Counted from the stretch's first letter, positions 12,800 through 25,585 are shown. The stretch: DNA of 64,000 nt from Squalus acanthias (GCA_030390025.1 CM059431.1:118174001-118238000), one strand, 5' to 3'. Notes: generated by a model not told the origin, from the sequence alone. Program-made: numbers and translations.

Positions 12800-13160
12800 G
12801 GCTATGTACTCTGATTGGTGGGATGTGAAAAGTGCTTTTCCCCAGGGATCTGTCCTGGAACGTCAGCATTTCACCATATTTATCAATGACTTGGATGATG
12901 GAATAGAGAGTTGTAGATCCAAGTTTTCAGAGAGATGTATATCCAAAGTGAATGACCTCAAACATCACCACAATTATCTCCATCTGCCACAGTTTTGCCC
13001 ACTCACTTAATTTGTTTATGTCCCTTTGTAACTTCCTGCTCCCATCAGCACGACTTACTGTCCCTCCAACTTAGTGTCATCTGCAAACTTGAATTATACA
13101 GCCCTCTATTCCTTCATCCAAATCATTGATAACTATAGTGAAAGGCTAAGGTCCCAGTAC
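12800..13160. mobile_element. Two old CR1 RT fragments in opposite orientation
   Basis: Plus strand gives FPQGSVL...FTIFINDLDDG (12830-12930); the same RT region is on the minus strand at 12980-13160. Confidence 0.65.
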
Positions 13161-13872
13161 CATTAAACTTAACTATTCCTTTTACTTACTTGTGAGTTCT
13201 TCAGCTTTGCGCTCCAATCTTCCCCAAGCCACCTGTCTGCCACTCTTCAGGAGTCCTCTACTGCTGCCATACCTCAACACCCTGATTCAACTCCTAATTA
13301 TATTTCTGGATCTTTGAACCTTTCTACTTCTTTAAGATTATTTTAGCTCTCATATCTTAGATCACTTCTTGGTTCCAACATCCCATACTTTGCAGAATGT
13401 CTATCCTTGCTTTGCAATATCGGTAAGATTTAGGTAAAATGATCAACAAACAAATGGCAAACCCTGGCTCATGATTGTGTTTAGCTACTGTATGTATCCT
13501 ATACATCCACAAGATCACATACCAGTCCCTGAAAGTGGTAGAGCATCATATCAGATCTCGTTTTAAATTTAAAATAGCAAGTGAATTTACTTTACAAAAG
13601 AAAAACAAAAGCATAAGTTAAAGTCCTATAAAATAGTTATATATTTGTAGTACACATACTTATACCTAATCCTTCAAAATAATAAAAGTTTGCAGATCTG
13701 AAAAGTAAGCTTCAAAATTCAACTTTTTTTGAATAATATGCTCAATTACCAAGCAGAATGATATGGGGGGGAGAACTTTCATGGGGGTTCTCCCACCATA
13801 ACTTCAGTGAAAGAATGGCAGAAATCCCAAAGAAATGACTTAAATTGCCTTATACACTTTCTCCGGGGTTTC

Positions 13873-16800
13873 CAGTATTGCCAACTCTCGCAATTCCATC
13901 ATGAGAGACGCAATTTCTGAGTATCACTCATGATCTCGCAATGGGACGCCTAATTCTCAAGATTTTTTTTGGGGGGGAAATGGCGAATTGCGCATGCACA
14001 AAAAAAATACTAGGTTCAGAGGGCTTTCCAAAACGCCCATTGGGTTCCTCCTCACTCTGCTGCATCCGAGTCCGCCGGCTTAGCATGTCCGGCTGCACTC
14101 ATATATAAGCACGCACAGGCGAGGGCCAGGATTAACCAGGGTGAACGGTCTTTTTCCAGTTTTATCGATGCTGCTGTGTTTGTATTTTTTAAACTGTTCA
14201 GTTCAATTTTTCCCTCTGTTGGTGGCGCAGATTTCCATTTCAAATTATTAGCTTTAGTGGTTATTCCCGGCGCCACCTCCTCCCACCCCACTGAACGTTG
14301 CATCAGAGCCAGGGTTCCAGCTACAATTCCCGAGCTAACCTGTCACTCGCCACTCAGCATGGGGCGGATTGGGCGATTGACGCAGATTGCAAACCCATTT
14401 AAACATTATGGCCGCGAATTTGCTGACTTCGGCGGGTCCGTGGCGGCCGATATCGGTGGCGGGTCCCGACCCCGCTGCTGTCTCCCGACCACGTTGCTGT
14501 CTCCTGACCCCGCTGTCTGAAATGAATTTACCTTGATTGAGCTTGTTGAATTCGCCCAGCGCGTTTGCCGGCCAATTAGAGGAAGCGGGTCTGGTGACGT
14601 CATTCGATGACACGTCATCAGCCAGTTCCCTTAAAGGGACCATGTCCAACTTTATTTTGACATTCGTGCTGTCAGTATTCTGCAGCATTGAGGTGCTGCA
14701 AACACTGACAAGCACTGCACAAAGGCACAGGGCTGCACCCAGGCTCTCCCATGACTCCTTCCATATGTTTCTGGAGGGAGTCACAGCACGCAGGGAGGTG
14801 CTCATCCCTTCACCTCCCCAGGAGATCAATGCAGCCTGGTTGCACATTGCACAGGAGGACACAAGCAGGGACGTCGTCAGGAGGACCAGGCTGCAGTGGC
14901 ACAAACCTTTCAATGATCTCAGTAGATCACGAAACGTTAGTACAAAGCTACACTCAACCTCATCCTGCTTTGCCTCTCATCACATCCCCATCACTAAGCC
15001 TTCCCTACCCTACTCCTGCACATCCTTACTCACCCCAACTTACCTTGCACCTCCACCCATCCTTCTCTATCTACATTATCACTTCCCCATCTCACTAGCC
15101 ACCCCTCACACTCACCCTCATCCTAGTGTAATCATATCAACTAACAACACACAATGGAAGGCACTTGTGTGTTTTATGCAATGTTCATGTAAAGTTTCTG
15201 TTAATGTGGTGTCAAACATTGAAATCTTTATTTTCAACACTTTCCATTCTTGGACAGATTTGTGTGCACCTTTGGAAGTGGCTTAGTGAGTTGCAGTGAA
15301 TGGTGAGACATAACGGTAGCCCCCGCAATGGCGATGAGTGTGAAAGGAATGGCTTGGGCATTGTAGGGATACTTTATGGTGTTGGTATGGGGCGGTGCCA
15401 ACCTGGCACATCATGTGGCAGCCAGGGTGTACAGCATCAAGTGAAGGATATCTGGCCATGGTGAGGCCATCCCTGGCCTCCCGGGCAGCAATGTGGTCGG
15501 GTGCTGATGTCCTGTGTCCTGTGCAACATCAGGTGATGGCGGAGAAGGTTGTTGGTGCTGCTGGTGTGTCTGGTGCTGCTGGTGTTAGGGCTGATCGTGG
15601 TGGGATTCTGAGGACCAAGGTGAGAGAGTATAAAGGGCACCCATGCTGATGGAATAGATGGCAGCTGAAGTTGAGATGACAGAAGCGATCTGTCAATGGT
15701 GAGAGAGGTAATGAAGTCAGACTGGATGGAGACTTGCGTAAAGACTTGCAGCATGGTGAATCTGTTGTGGAAAAGCAGTGAGGAAGAGTTTGTGGCTGAG
15801 GGAAGATATCGGTGTAAGGTGGAGCTTTTACTTGACATTTGAAGCTGTCAACTCAACAGCTGATTAAATGGCCACTGAACTCCCACCTCAGCTTAACAGA
15901 CGTGATTCTCGAGCAGCGAGAACCCTATGGGCGAGCACGTTAAATCAAAAGGTGAGCTCAATTGTATTCTTAATGATCTCTAAATAAGGTCATAGATACC
16001 TGAATTGGGTCCCCCGCTGCTGCGTGTCGGGTCTGCTCAGCGCTGACAGACCCAACATCGGGGAAAGTCATGTGGCAGCGGGTGAGAGAGTGTAAATGCT
16101 ACACATGCTGATGGAGTAGATATCAGTTGAAGTTGAGATGAAGCAATCTGTCAATGGTGAGAGAGGTTGCTGCAGGCTGGAGAGTTTTCTCCAAACACTT
16201 ACAGCCTGCATAAAGTTCAATCTGTGTTCCAAAATGAGAAAGCAACAGCCTCTGTGCTTGGATGGTGAACAGGTTTGAAGTGGGAGCTTTGATACTACAT
16301 TTTAAGCTGTCACTCATCAGTTGATTCAATGGCCACTCAACTTCCGTCTCTGATTAACAGACAGTCTAGGAGCAGCGTGGAAGCCATGAGCAAGCTGTTA
16401 GAGTCAAAAGGTAAGATTAAATTCACTCTTAAGGGCTTGTCAAGAAGCCAATAATTGGTTAAATTATGTCCCTTGCCACTGCCGGTCGGGTCTGCTCATC
16501 GTTGGAAGATCCGACATTGGGAAAGACAAGTGTGCGTGATTTGACAGCGGGTTCCTGACCCGCTGCCAATCAAGTCAAATTTCACTGCCGACCCGCCACT
16601 GATCCCGTCTGCTGAGCACTGGCAAAATTCCAGCCTATGGAGTGTGCTTTAGTTTAGGTATACAAATTGTGCTAGGGAACTGGAGGACAGCCAATGAAAA
16701 ACCCAGCTTAAAAAGGGAGAGAAGGATAAACAAGGTAACTATAGACCATTTAGTTGTAGGCAGAGCCTTTGAACCTATTAAGTGGAGAGTAAATTAGTGA

Positions 16801-17240
16801 TTATTTAGAAATGCATGGGTTAATCAAGGATAGCCAGCACAGATTTGTTAAAGGCAAGTCAAATTTAATTAGTTTTTTAAAGAAGTGATCAATGCATGGC
16901 AGTATTGCCAACTCTCACGAATCCATCGCAAGAGACGCGCTTTCAGAGTGAAATAAAGGATCACTCGCGATCTCGTGATGGAATGCCTAAATCCCGGGAT
17001 TACGCCGATTTACGCATGCGCAAAAAAAAAGTACCAGGTTCAGAGGGTAATCGGATAGTGATGGCCGAATTCACTTCCTGTCTGGGAGCAAAAGTCGCAG
17101 AATGAGCTTCCTGTCTGGGAGCAAAGGTCAGCGAGGGGTCGGGTTGGGAAAAAAATAGCAACTCATGATTTCTATACCAAATCTCATGATTTTTAAGAGT
17201 TTGTCTTCTGATTTATGAGACGGTGGGTTTGGTAATACTG
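13873..17240. mobile_element. Putative composite TIR element with CAGTATTGCCAA ends (hAT-like)
   Basis: Left ends at 13873 and 16900; right end TTGGTAATACTG at 17240. GGTTTC precedes 13873 and follows 17240. Confidence 0.6.
14410..16635 (+). mobile_element. Internally deleted PIF/Harbinger element with a Myb/SANT-like exon
   Basis: Ends GGCCGCGAATTTG and CAAAATTCCAGCC; TAT TSD. 14715-14935 encodes AAPRLSHDSFHMFLEGVTARREVL...AAWLHIAQE...RRTRLQWHKPFNDL followed by a GTTAGT donor-like site. Confidence 0.85.
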
Positions 17241-18538
17241 GGTTTCTGTCAATTAACTGCTAATGTTATGCTGGGAAATTGAGACCATCCCTGTGGAAGT
17301 TGGCAATTCTCTCTCTCTCGAAGCTTAATGCACTTTTGAAGTTTATAGAATACAATTCAAAACCTACAATAGGTGGCTAATTTGTAATTTCTCTCTCACA
17401 CAACACACATAGCTTCTCTGTTCAAAAAAAACCTGGTTGAAAGAAATAGATTTTTTTTTGAAAGCAGTTAATATCAATTTTACCTGAATAAAAAAAATAT
17501 TGTAATTGCCCGCTCACATTTCTTCAAAGAATTTTGAAAAATATTGAGCAGAAACTGATAGAAGTTAAAGAAAAATGTTTGATCAGTCAGATGATTGAAT
17601 GGTATTGATGAATCTTGGGAAATTAGATACATTGCACCTGCACAATTCAAATTCAGTTACAGTGTCACAACTCCAGACAAAAATATCAAGTTCAATGTCC
17701 AAGCTTTAGGGAGAAACTGAGGCTTCAAGTAAAAAAAAATGAAGACATCAAAAGACATAAAAGGCAATTTACTGGATAAGTTTAATTATCAACGTGAAAT
17801 ATGTATTTTTTAAATGTAACAGTTTTATTTAAACCCTTATTTTAGTCATTAGAAAATTAAATTACTGCAAAAATGTTGGTGAAAAGATTACAGGATGTAT
17901 TTTGAGAAATCTGTGGGAACCTGGTGATCAAATTGTGCAATCAGAGGGACAGTTTACATAGGCAAAACCCATTGTAAATGTGGGCTTTGGAATTTATAAT
18001 GTGAAAATATTTGACCCAAAAAGTGTGACGAAAATGTAACAGGTTGTCAGAAAGTACATGAAGACATGCGATTTATAATACAATAGATAGATAGGTGAAT
18101 TTTTTTTAATTTAGCATTCTATTAAAATAGAAATTCCTAAGAAAAATAATCCATTAATTGGGATTTACTGCGTACACAGCTTTACTACTGAATAGTTTTT
18201 GTTTTACTTTACACAGTATTAGTTGCAAATGAAACTATATCATAAAGTATTATTAAACTACATATATGTGATATTGAATTTGCTCCACATATGTAAGATG
18301 ACAGCCAAACCAAAATAACTTTCTCGCGAGCTGGACCGACATTCCTCTGAGCTGCAGTTCGGGAAAAAAAGCAAACTCTCTGCATCAGCAAGTAGCAACT
18401 GTAACCATAGCAACTCATGTCTGGTAACTAACATTGAGCTTTCTGTAGCATCATTACCACAAACAAGGCACACTGGCGCTACATGGCTGGGACAACCTAA
18501 AGTTAAAATACATTCATATCGTTGCCCATGAACATCTT

Positions 18539-19510
18539 GGCCTGAATTTTAATACTTTGCCAGGTTGGCAGTGAGATGGATGGGGGGCTTGGAAGCGGTC
18601 AGGAAACCTGGGAGAATGGGGGGCGGAGCAGCACGGAGGGAGGGGGGTGCCAGAGCAATAGTTGGGGGGGGTGTATCTGGGGGCGGCTGATCAGGGGGCT
18701 GGATCGTCTGATCGGGAGGTCGGAGCAGCATGGGGGGAGTGCCGGAGCAGCACACCGTGGGGTTGGGGGGGGGGGGGGCGGAGCTGCACGGAGGGAGCGG
18801 AGAGCCGGAGCAGCACCTGGCGGGGTGGGCTGGAGCAGCACGGGGGAGGGGGGATCAGAGCAACATGTGGGGGGGGGGGCTATCCGGGGGTGGCTGATCA
18901 GGGGTCCGGATCGTCTGATCGGGGGGTCGGAGCAGCATATTGGGGAGCCAGAGCAGCACATTGGGGGGCTGGGAGCTTATCGGGGACGGGAGGCTGATCG
19001 TGGGCTGGGGGCTCATTGCATGGGGCCTGTTGGAGCATGGAGGGGGAGGCAGATGACATCGGGGGTTGGAGGAGCATTAGTGGGGCGGGGGGGGGAAGCC
19101 TCGTGGTGGGATCAGAGGCCTGCGGGCGGATCGGAGGCCTCGTGGGGGAGTCTCCAATCGCAGGGAGTGGGTTAGGCAGGGTTTGCTGGATCCAGGATGT
19201 AAGTGTAAAGGTACTTTCTCCTGGATCCAGCAGTCCTTGCCTTACTTTAGCTGGCAGGTTTAACAAGCTCTCCAATACCCGACCAGCTACAGTTAAATTT
19301 AAAATAGTGGTTAAATGCCAGCTTCATTATAATATTTAAATAGTCGACCTGCCTCCTGGGAGCAGGTTGGCTGCCCACCTCCGTTTCGCCTCCGTTAAAA
19401 CCGGAAATGGGTGGGTTGGAGGCAGGTTCTGGTTGGGATTCAGATTTTTAACACTTTAACTTCTCAACTGACCCCAACTCACCCGTTTTTTGGGGGGTTA
19501 AAACTCCCCC
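18539..19510. mobile_element. GC-rich MITE, same family as 5150-6043, inverted
   Basis: Ends GGCCTGAATTTTAA and TTAAAACTCCCCC; CTT TSD; internal GGAGCAGCA / GCTGATC repeats. Confidence 0.85.
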
Positions 19511-19581
19511 CTTTGTGTATCGCCTTAACAACCAGCTACTTATGCTTATACAACCCTTACCAACAGACAATTAAAGACATA

Positions 19582-21024
19582 GGGGAAGAAATTCATGTAG
19601 TTTGCGCCACACAACGCTTAAATGCCATTGAGAGGTTTAACGCCACTTGATGGCAGTTCCAGCACTGCACGCCATATCGATGTTGCTGGTAGCGCTGCCG
19701 CTGAACGCGATCGCTGGGGACCTCGCCGTCATGGAGATCGTGACATCAGTGAGTGTGCAACGCTCACTTGGCACCCAATCACCAACTTCGTTACAGCCAA
19801 TGAACTTACCAGCTGAAGAAATCAACAACAACTTCAGGTAGTGTGCAGCAGCAGGAAGCCGGATCCAGCGTTGCTATTTAAAGGGATCCTCACCAATCAC
19901 TTGGACCAGACAGGTTTTTGCAGTTTGAGTGGCTGTGTGCTACTTCCTGCTACTGCAAGAGTTTTCTTCAGTAATTTCAAGGTTCTTTGGTATCAGGGAG
20001 TGTTGTGGCAACGACAAAACTCCATAATTATTTCTGAAAAGCTTCAACCTACAACACTTGCTAAAAGTCATGGGGGTTGCACTGGCAGTGGACCTCACCC
20101 TCCAGGATCTATGGCAGAGGGAGCGGAGGCAGCGAGACAATCGGCCTTCCGATCGGGCTGTCCATGACCAGCTCATCAAACTCCGATTAGCATGAAGGAA
20201 ACCCCAGAACCCCATAGCTCACCACATCCCCATTATACAATCCCTGTCTCATGCCATATCACAGCATCCTCAAGGTGAAATGAGAAAGACCACAAAATAG
20301 TTCAAACACAATTAATAACTTTATCTGTAAACATGTAACAGATATTACATGAATTCTAATAACTAATGACCCTTGTGCCTGTCATTGTGTGCAATGTGTG
20401 AGATGTGGGTTTGAGTGTTGCTAGGTAGAGATTGTTGGTGGGTGAGTGCTAGGGGTGGGGTGCATTGAGCAGTGTGTGAAGCTTGTGGTACAGATGGTGG
20501 CATGTAGCATTTGTTGAAGCCTTCACTCACCCTGACCACCCGTGTAAGGTCATTTAAATTTCTTCCTGCACTGGGTGTGGGTCCTGGGGAGCACAATGCT
20601 GCTCATGGTGTGGTGTGTCATCTCCCTCCACATAGTCTGGTCTCCTGCCAGTTGTCAGGTACAGGACCGCCTGCCTTCTCTCAGCTGCTAAAAGCAATGC
20701 CTCCAAAGCTTCATCAGAAAACCTCTGGGCTCTCTCCCTGGGGTGGCGATCTACCAACAGGATTTGTAATTAAGTGCTACTTCTCCTTGTCCTTCTTCTT
20801 ATGATTGTTGAGGCAGTTGCACACCCAACAATGCTGAGAATGAGGTGCTGCAGCATCAATGAACCTCCCCTTTAAGTAGTGAAAAAAGCCTGTGGCAATC
20901 AGTACTTGCGTTTAGACTGCCCCCGATATTGGTCCATTTTTTCAGTGTAATGCCACTGAGCTTGGGTTTTTAGACGAGAATCATGACTGCAATCATTTTA
21001 ATGAGGAGGATGAATTTTGCGTGC
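19582..21024 (-). mobile_element. Harbinger-derived non-autonomous element with a Myb/SANT-like remnant
   Basis: Left end GGGGAAGAAATTCAT, degenerate right end ATGAATTTTGCGTGC. Minus ORF 20554-20757 gives RERAQRFSDEALEALLLAAERRQAVLY. Confidence 0.7.
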
Positions 21025-21644
21025 AGCCTAGAAGATTTTCAGGTGGTGCTACTTAAACATTTTTCGTCTGAACACTGCTCATTTCTTGACTTTAACAAAT
21101 TTCTAGCCCATACTATTTCTTCTGAAAGCAAACTCTTAAATGAGAATATACTACAAACGTTATATATAAAGAACACCCAACACATTTTCATTAACAAATT
21201 AAGAAAAGCATATCTTATCAATGATACTGAGAAAACAACAACATTTAAATTTTCCGACAAAATCTCCCATCTGGAAATACACTTTCCCATTAACTTTAAC
21301 AGTGATTTCTTTGTGCAATCTAAAGGGGACTTCAACAGTGATCTTGACTTTGAATTACTTGAAAATATTTTTGAACCTGAATTAACAGAACTTGGTCAAG
21401 AAAATATCCACCCTCCTGACGGAAATATCAAATTAAATAGCTAGACTGCTCCAGAAAATAATCACTGATACTGACATACTAACCACAGAGTAAGAGCAAC
21501 TGACACTAGATGAGGTGAGGATAACTTTATGAACCACAAGAAAACATGCAGGGCCTAATACTCCAAAAGTTTGATAGGGTATAAACTTGGTGTAACTAAC
21601 TGGGGGAATTGTTGTGTTTCATTGCGCTGTTAGATTCAGGCTTA

Positions 21645-22380
21645 GCGGGAGTAATTCGATGGCGCTCTCTTTGGGGCGCTAACTTCGCTGGAGTGCTACT
21701 TTTAGCGCCCCGAAGAAGTTAGTGCCACTGTACCATAATTTTAGTGGTAGCGCCCCAAGCAGTAGGCAGGGCGCTACTGGAAGTGCTCCCCCTCCTTGGT
21801 GCGCTGCCAGTGAATTTTGCAGTGCTACGTGCAACAGTGCCACACGCGTTGGCACGTAGTGCTGCGCCATTGCAGGCCTCCCTCCCCTGATTAAAGGGGA
21901 GGGGCCTAGCGCTGCACGCACCGGGGCCCTGTTGGACCACCGGGGAGCGGGGTGTTGGGAAAACAGACCAGCACTCAAGAGTAGTGCCGGGCTGAGCGAT
22001 CGCGGCCGGCACCCCGAAGAAAAAAGGGGAAGGGGGCAGGTGCTGCCAGTCGGCCAAAAAAAATGGCCGCCCGACACCTGCCCTTTAACCTGCGCCACCG
22101 CGGCTGCAAAAACGCCACCCTGATCCTGTTGGACATATCGTCTGGTGATAGGTCAGGGGGTGCAACCGATGTTTGCGGCTGGGGCGCGAGCAGGACGCTG
22201 CACACGGCGATGACATCATCGCTGGCGGCGCAACGCTACCAGCTACCGCCGCCGCTAACCTCCCACTGAATTTCACGGGAGGCGTCAGCGACGCCGCGCC
22301 TGGGCGAAAGGAGCTTTGTGCCCAGTTAGCGTCCCCCGGGGACGCTAACGGGAGGCGTAAAGCAATCGAATTTCGCCCCC
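21645..22380. mobile_element. CpG-rich MITE
   Basis: Imperfect TIR GCGGGAGTAATTCGAT / ATCGAATTTCGCCCCC with TTA/TCA flanks. A related end lies at 63737. Confidence 0.75.
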
Positions 22381-24133
22381 TCAGGGTTTAGATATTAGAG
22401 TCTTCTAACTTCATTTCGAAGTCTCTTGCGAGACTGTGTCTTGTTTGGTGACTTTCCCTGAAGTGAAGTGGAAAGGCTACAAAATGTTTTTTTCCCCATG
22501 GGGATTCCCATTATTTATCATTGATTTGTTCGAGGAGAAAGTGTAGGAGGAACAGCAGGCAAACAGAGAAACCTGGTTTATAAAGAATTACCACAGGTGG
22601 TGTAGACCTTGCTGGGGATACCCAGCCAACAGTATATAAACCACAGAAGATCATTCTTCAATATATCCACAAAGTTATGAGTCAGGAGCTTGTGTTCTGT
22701 GGGACATATGCAGAAGGCTACCACTCACTATAGGATGCTCTGAATTGTAGAGAAGCCTACTCTGACCATGCTGCAAAGGATGCATTAGACTCTGCTTTTT
22801 TTTCTGTTATCTGCTGCACATCTTGGCAAAGTATTGGCAGTGCCTTCGTATGGTTCTGATGTTCTGTGAGCATTTGTCTTTTCATGACAGGTTTTCTGAG
22901 ATCATCACCTGAATACTCAGCAGCCAGGGTCCAACATTTCCTAAGCCTCCACTCAGGTACATCAGGCTCCACCTCTATACCTCATCCACTGGCTTGCTTG
23001 TGAGTTGTGAATCTGCCTATGCCAATTCCTCATCTGTCTTCACTGAAGAAGACACTAACAACATCCCAATAATGGATAATCAGGAGGCCAGAGGGAGTGG
23101 GGAACTAAAGACAATCACTATCACTAAGGAAATAGTACTCGGTAAAATAATGGGACTAAAAGACGACAAGTCCCCTGGACCAGATGGCCTGCATCCCAGG
23201 GTCTTAAAAGAAGTGGCTGCAGAGATAGTGGGTGCATTGGTTGCAATATATCAAAATTCCCTGGACTCTGGAGAGGTCCCAGCAGATTGGAAAACCGTTA
23301 ATGTAACACCCCTATTTAAGAAAGGAGGGAGACAGAAAGCAGGAAACTATAGACCAGATAGCCTAACATCTGTCGTTGGGAAAATGCTGGAGTCCTTCAT
23401 TAAGGAAGCAGTAGCAGGGCATTTAGAAAAACATACTGCAGTCAAACAGAGTCAGCATGGTTTTAGGAAAGGGAAATCATGTTTAACAAATTTGCTGGAG
23501 TTCTTGGAGAATGTAACAAGCAGGGTGGACAAGGGTGAGCCAGTGGATGTGGTGTATTTGGATTTCCAGAAGGCATTCGATAAGGTGCCACATAAAAGGT
23601 TACTGCATAAGATAAGAGCTCACAGAGTTGGGGGTAATATATTAACATGGATAGAGAATTGGCTAACTGACAGAAAGCAGAGAGTTGGGATTAATGGGTC
23701 ATTTTCTGGTTGGCAAACGGTAACTAGTGGGGTGCCACAAGGATCGGTGCTGGGGCCCCAACTATTTACAATCTACATTAATAACTTGGATGAAGGGATC
23801 GAGTGTAATGTAGCCAAGTTTGCGGATGATACAAAGATGGGTGGGAAAGCAAGTTGTGCAGAGGACTCAAAGAATCTGCAAAGGGATATAGACAGGCTAG
23901 GTGAGTGGGCAAACATTTGGCAGATGGAGTATAATGTGGGAATGTGCGAGGTTATCCACTTTGGCAGGAAAAATAAAAAAGCAAACTATTATTTAAATGG
24001 AGAGAAATTACAAAATCAACAGTTCAGAGGGACCTGGGGGTCCTTGTGCATGAAACACAAAAAGTTAGCATGCAGGTACAGCAAGTAATCAAAAAGGCAA
24101 ATAGAATGTTGGCCTTTATTTCAAGGTGTTGCT

Positions 24134-25309
24134 ATGGGTACCCGCATGGGTCCTAGCTATGCCTGCCTTTTCGTGGGATATGTGGAACACTCTTTGTTCC
24201 AGTCCTACTCGGGTCCCCTCCCTCACCTCTTTTTCCGGTACATTGATGACTGTATCGGTGCCGTCTCCTGCTCTCGCCCTGAACTAGAACATTTCATTCA
24301 CTATGCTTCCAATTTCCACCCTTCCCTCACCTTCACATGGTCCATCTCCGACTCTTCCCTTCCCTTCCTCGACTTCTCCATCTCCATCTCTGGGGATAGG
24401 TTATTGACTAACATTCACTACAAGCCCACCGACTCCCACAGCTACCTGGACTACACTTCCTCCCACCCCGCCTCCTGTAAGGACTCTATTCCATTCTCCC
24501 AGTTTCTCCGTCTCCGCCGCATCTGCTCTGATGATGCCACCTTCCATACCAGTGCTTCCGACATGTCTTCCTTTTTCCTCAACCGAGGATTCCCCTCTAC
24601 CGTGGTCGACACGGCCCTCGACCGTGTCCGTTCTATCTCCCGCACATCTGCCCTCACCCCTGCCCCTCCCTCCCGGAACCACGATAGGGTTCCCCTTGTC
24701 CTCACCTTTCACCCCACCAGCCTCCACATTCAACGGATCATCCTCCGCCATTTCCGCCACCTCCAGCGTGATCCCACCACCAAACACATCTTCCCCTCAC
24801 CTCCCCTTTCAGCATTCCACAGGGACCGCTCCCTCCGCGACACCCTAGTCCACTCCTCTACCACCCCCAGCACCCCTTCCCCTTCGCCCGGCACCTTCCC
24901 GTGCACGCGCAGGAGATGCAACACATGCCCTTATACCTCCCCTCTTCCCACTGTCCAGGGCCCCAAACACCCCTTCCAGGTGAAACAGCGATTTACTTGT
25001 ACTTCCTGCAATTTAGTATACTGTATTCGCTGCTCACGATGTGGACTCCTCTACATTGGGGAGACCAAACGCAGATTGGGTGACCGCTTTGCGGAACACC
25101 TCCGTTCAGTCCGTAAGGGGGACCCCGAGCTCCCGGTGGCCTGTCACTTTAATTCACCGCTTCACTCCCACTCTGACCTCACCGTCCTCGGCCTATTACA
25201 CTGTTCCACGGAAGCTCAGCGTAAGCTCGAGGAACAGCACCTCATCTTTCGTTTAGGCACGCTACAGCCCTCTGGACTCAATATCGAGTTCAACAATTTT
25301 AGATCATAA
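24134..25309 (+). CDS. Penelope ORF, C-terminal part: RT (RYIDD), Cys linker, GIY-YIG endonuclease
   Basis: MGTRMGPSYA, RYIDD, YKPTDSHSYL, CTRRRCNTC, NLVYCIRCSRCGLLYIGETKRRL..RFAEH, GLNIE. Uninterrupted 391 codons but 5'-truncated. Confidence 0.9.
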   Translation: MGTRMGPSYACLFVGYVEHSLFQSYSGPLPHLFFRYIDDCIGAVSCSRPELEHFIHYASNFHPSLTFTWSISDSSLPFLDFSISISGDRLLTNIHYKPTDSHSYLDYTSSHPASCKDSIPFSQFLRLRRICSDDATFHTSASDMSSFFLNRGFPSTVVDTALDRVRSISRTSALTPAPPSRNHDRVPLVLTFHPTSLHIQRIILRHFRHLQRDPTTKHIFPSPPLSAFHRDRSLRDTLVHSSTTPSTPSPSPGTFPCTRRRCNTCPYTSPLPTVQGPKHPFQVKQRFTCTSCNLVYCIRCSRCGLLYIGETKRRLGDRFAEHLRSVRKGDPELPVACHFNSPLHSHSDLTVLGLLHCSTEAQRKLEEQHLIFRLGTLQPSGLNIEFNNFRS

Positions 25310-25585
25310 CCTCAGCTCCAATCACATTTATATTTTATTTTATCCACCCTTTTATTTGTCCCCCCCACCTTTTTTTTCCTCCTAGAAGCTGGCAGCTGTC
25401 CTTCATTCTGCCAGTGGATTTCACACTTCATTCAGCCTTAATCTGTCACATTAACACCACCTCTAGCCTTGCATATCTCTTAATGTCTCTTAATGTCTCT
25501 TCATCTCCTCCTTTGTTCCTTTATCCCCTCCCCCTTTTCCCAGCTTTACCCTGGCCTTAAATCTATTTGATTTCCAGCTCTTCCC

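Larger units (their letters stand above)
17460..21640 (+). pseudogene. Decayed AT-rich coding fossil of unknown origin (possibly viral glycoprotein-like), interrupted by two TIR elements
   Basis: 18319-18538, 19514-19581 and 21025-21444 join in one frame (~235 codons, one internal TGA) after the inserts are removed. The protein identity is inference only. Confidence 0.45.

Noticed and set aside
18576..19175. 199-aa Gly-rich ORF
   Set aside because: Product of GC-rich internal repeats of a MITE; overlapping frames are also open.
21645..22380. CpG-island promoter
   Set aside because: The CpG-rich tract is bounded by TIRs and has a relative at 63737, so it is a MITE.
22700..23030. Possible minus-strand RTE-like LINE scrap
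   Set aside because: Similarity too weak to call by eye.
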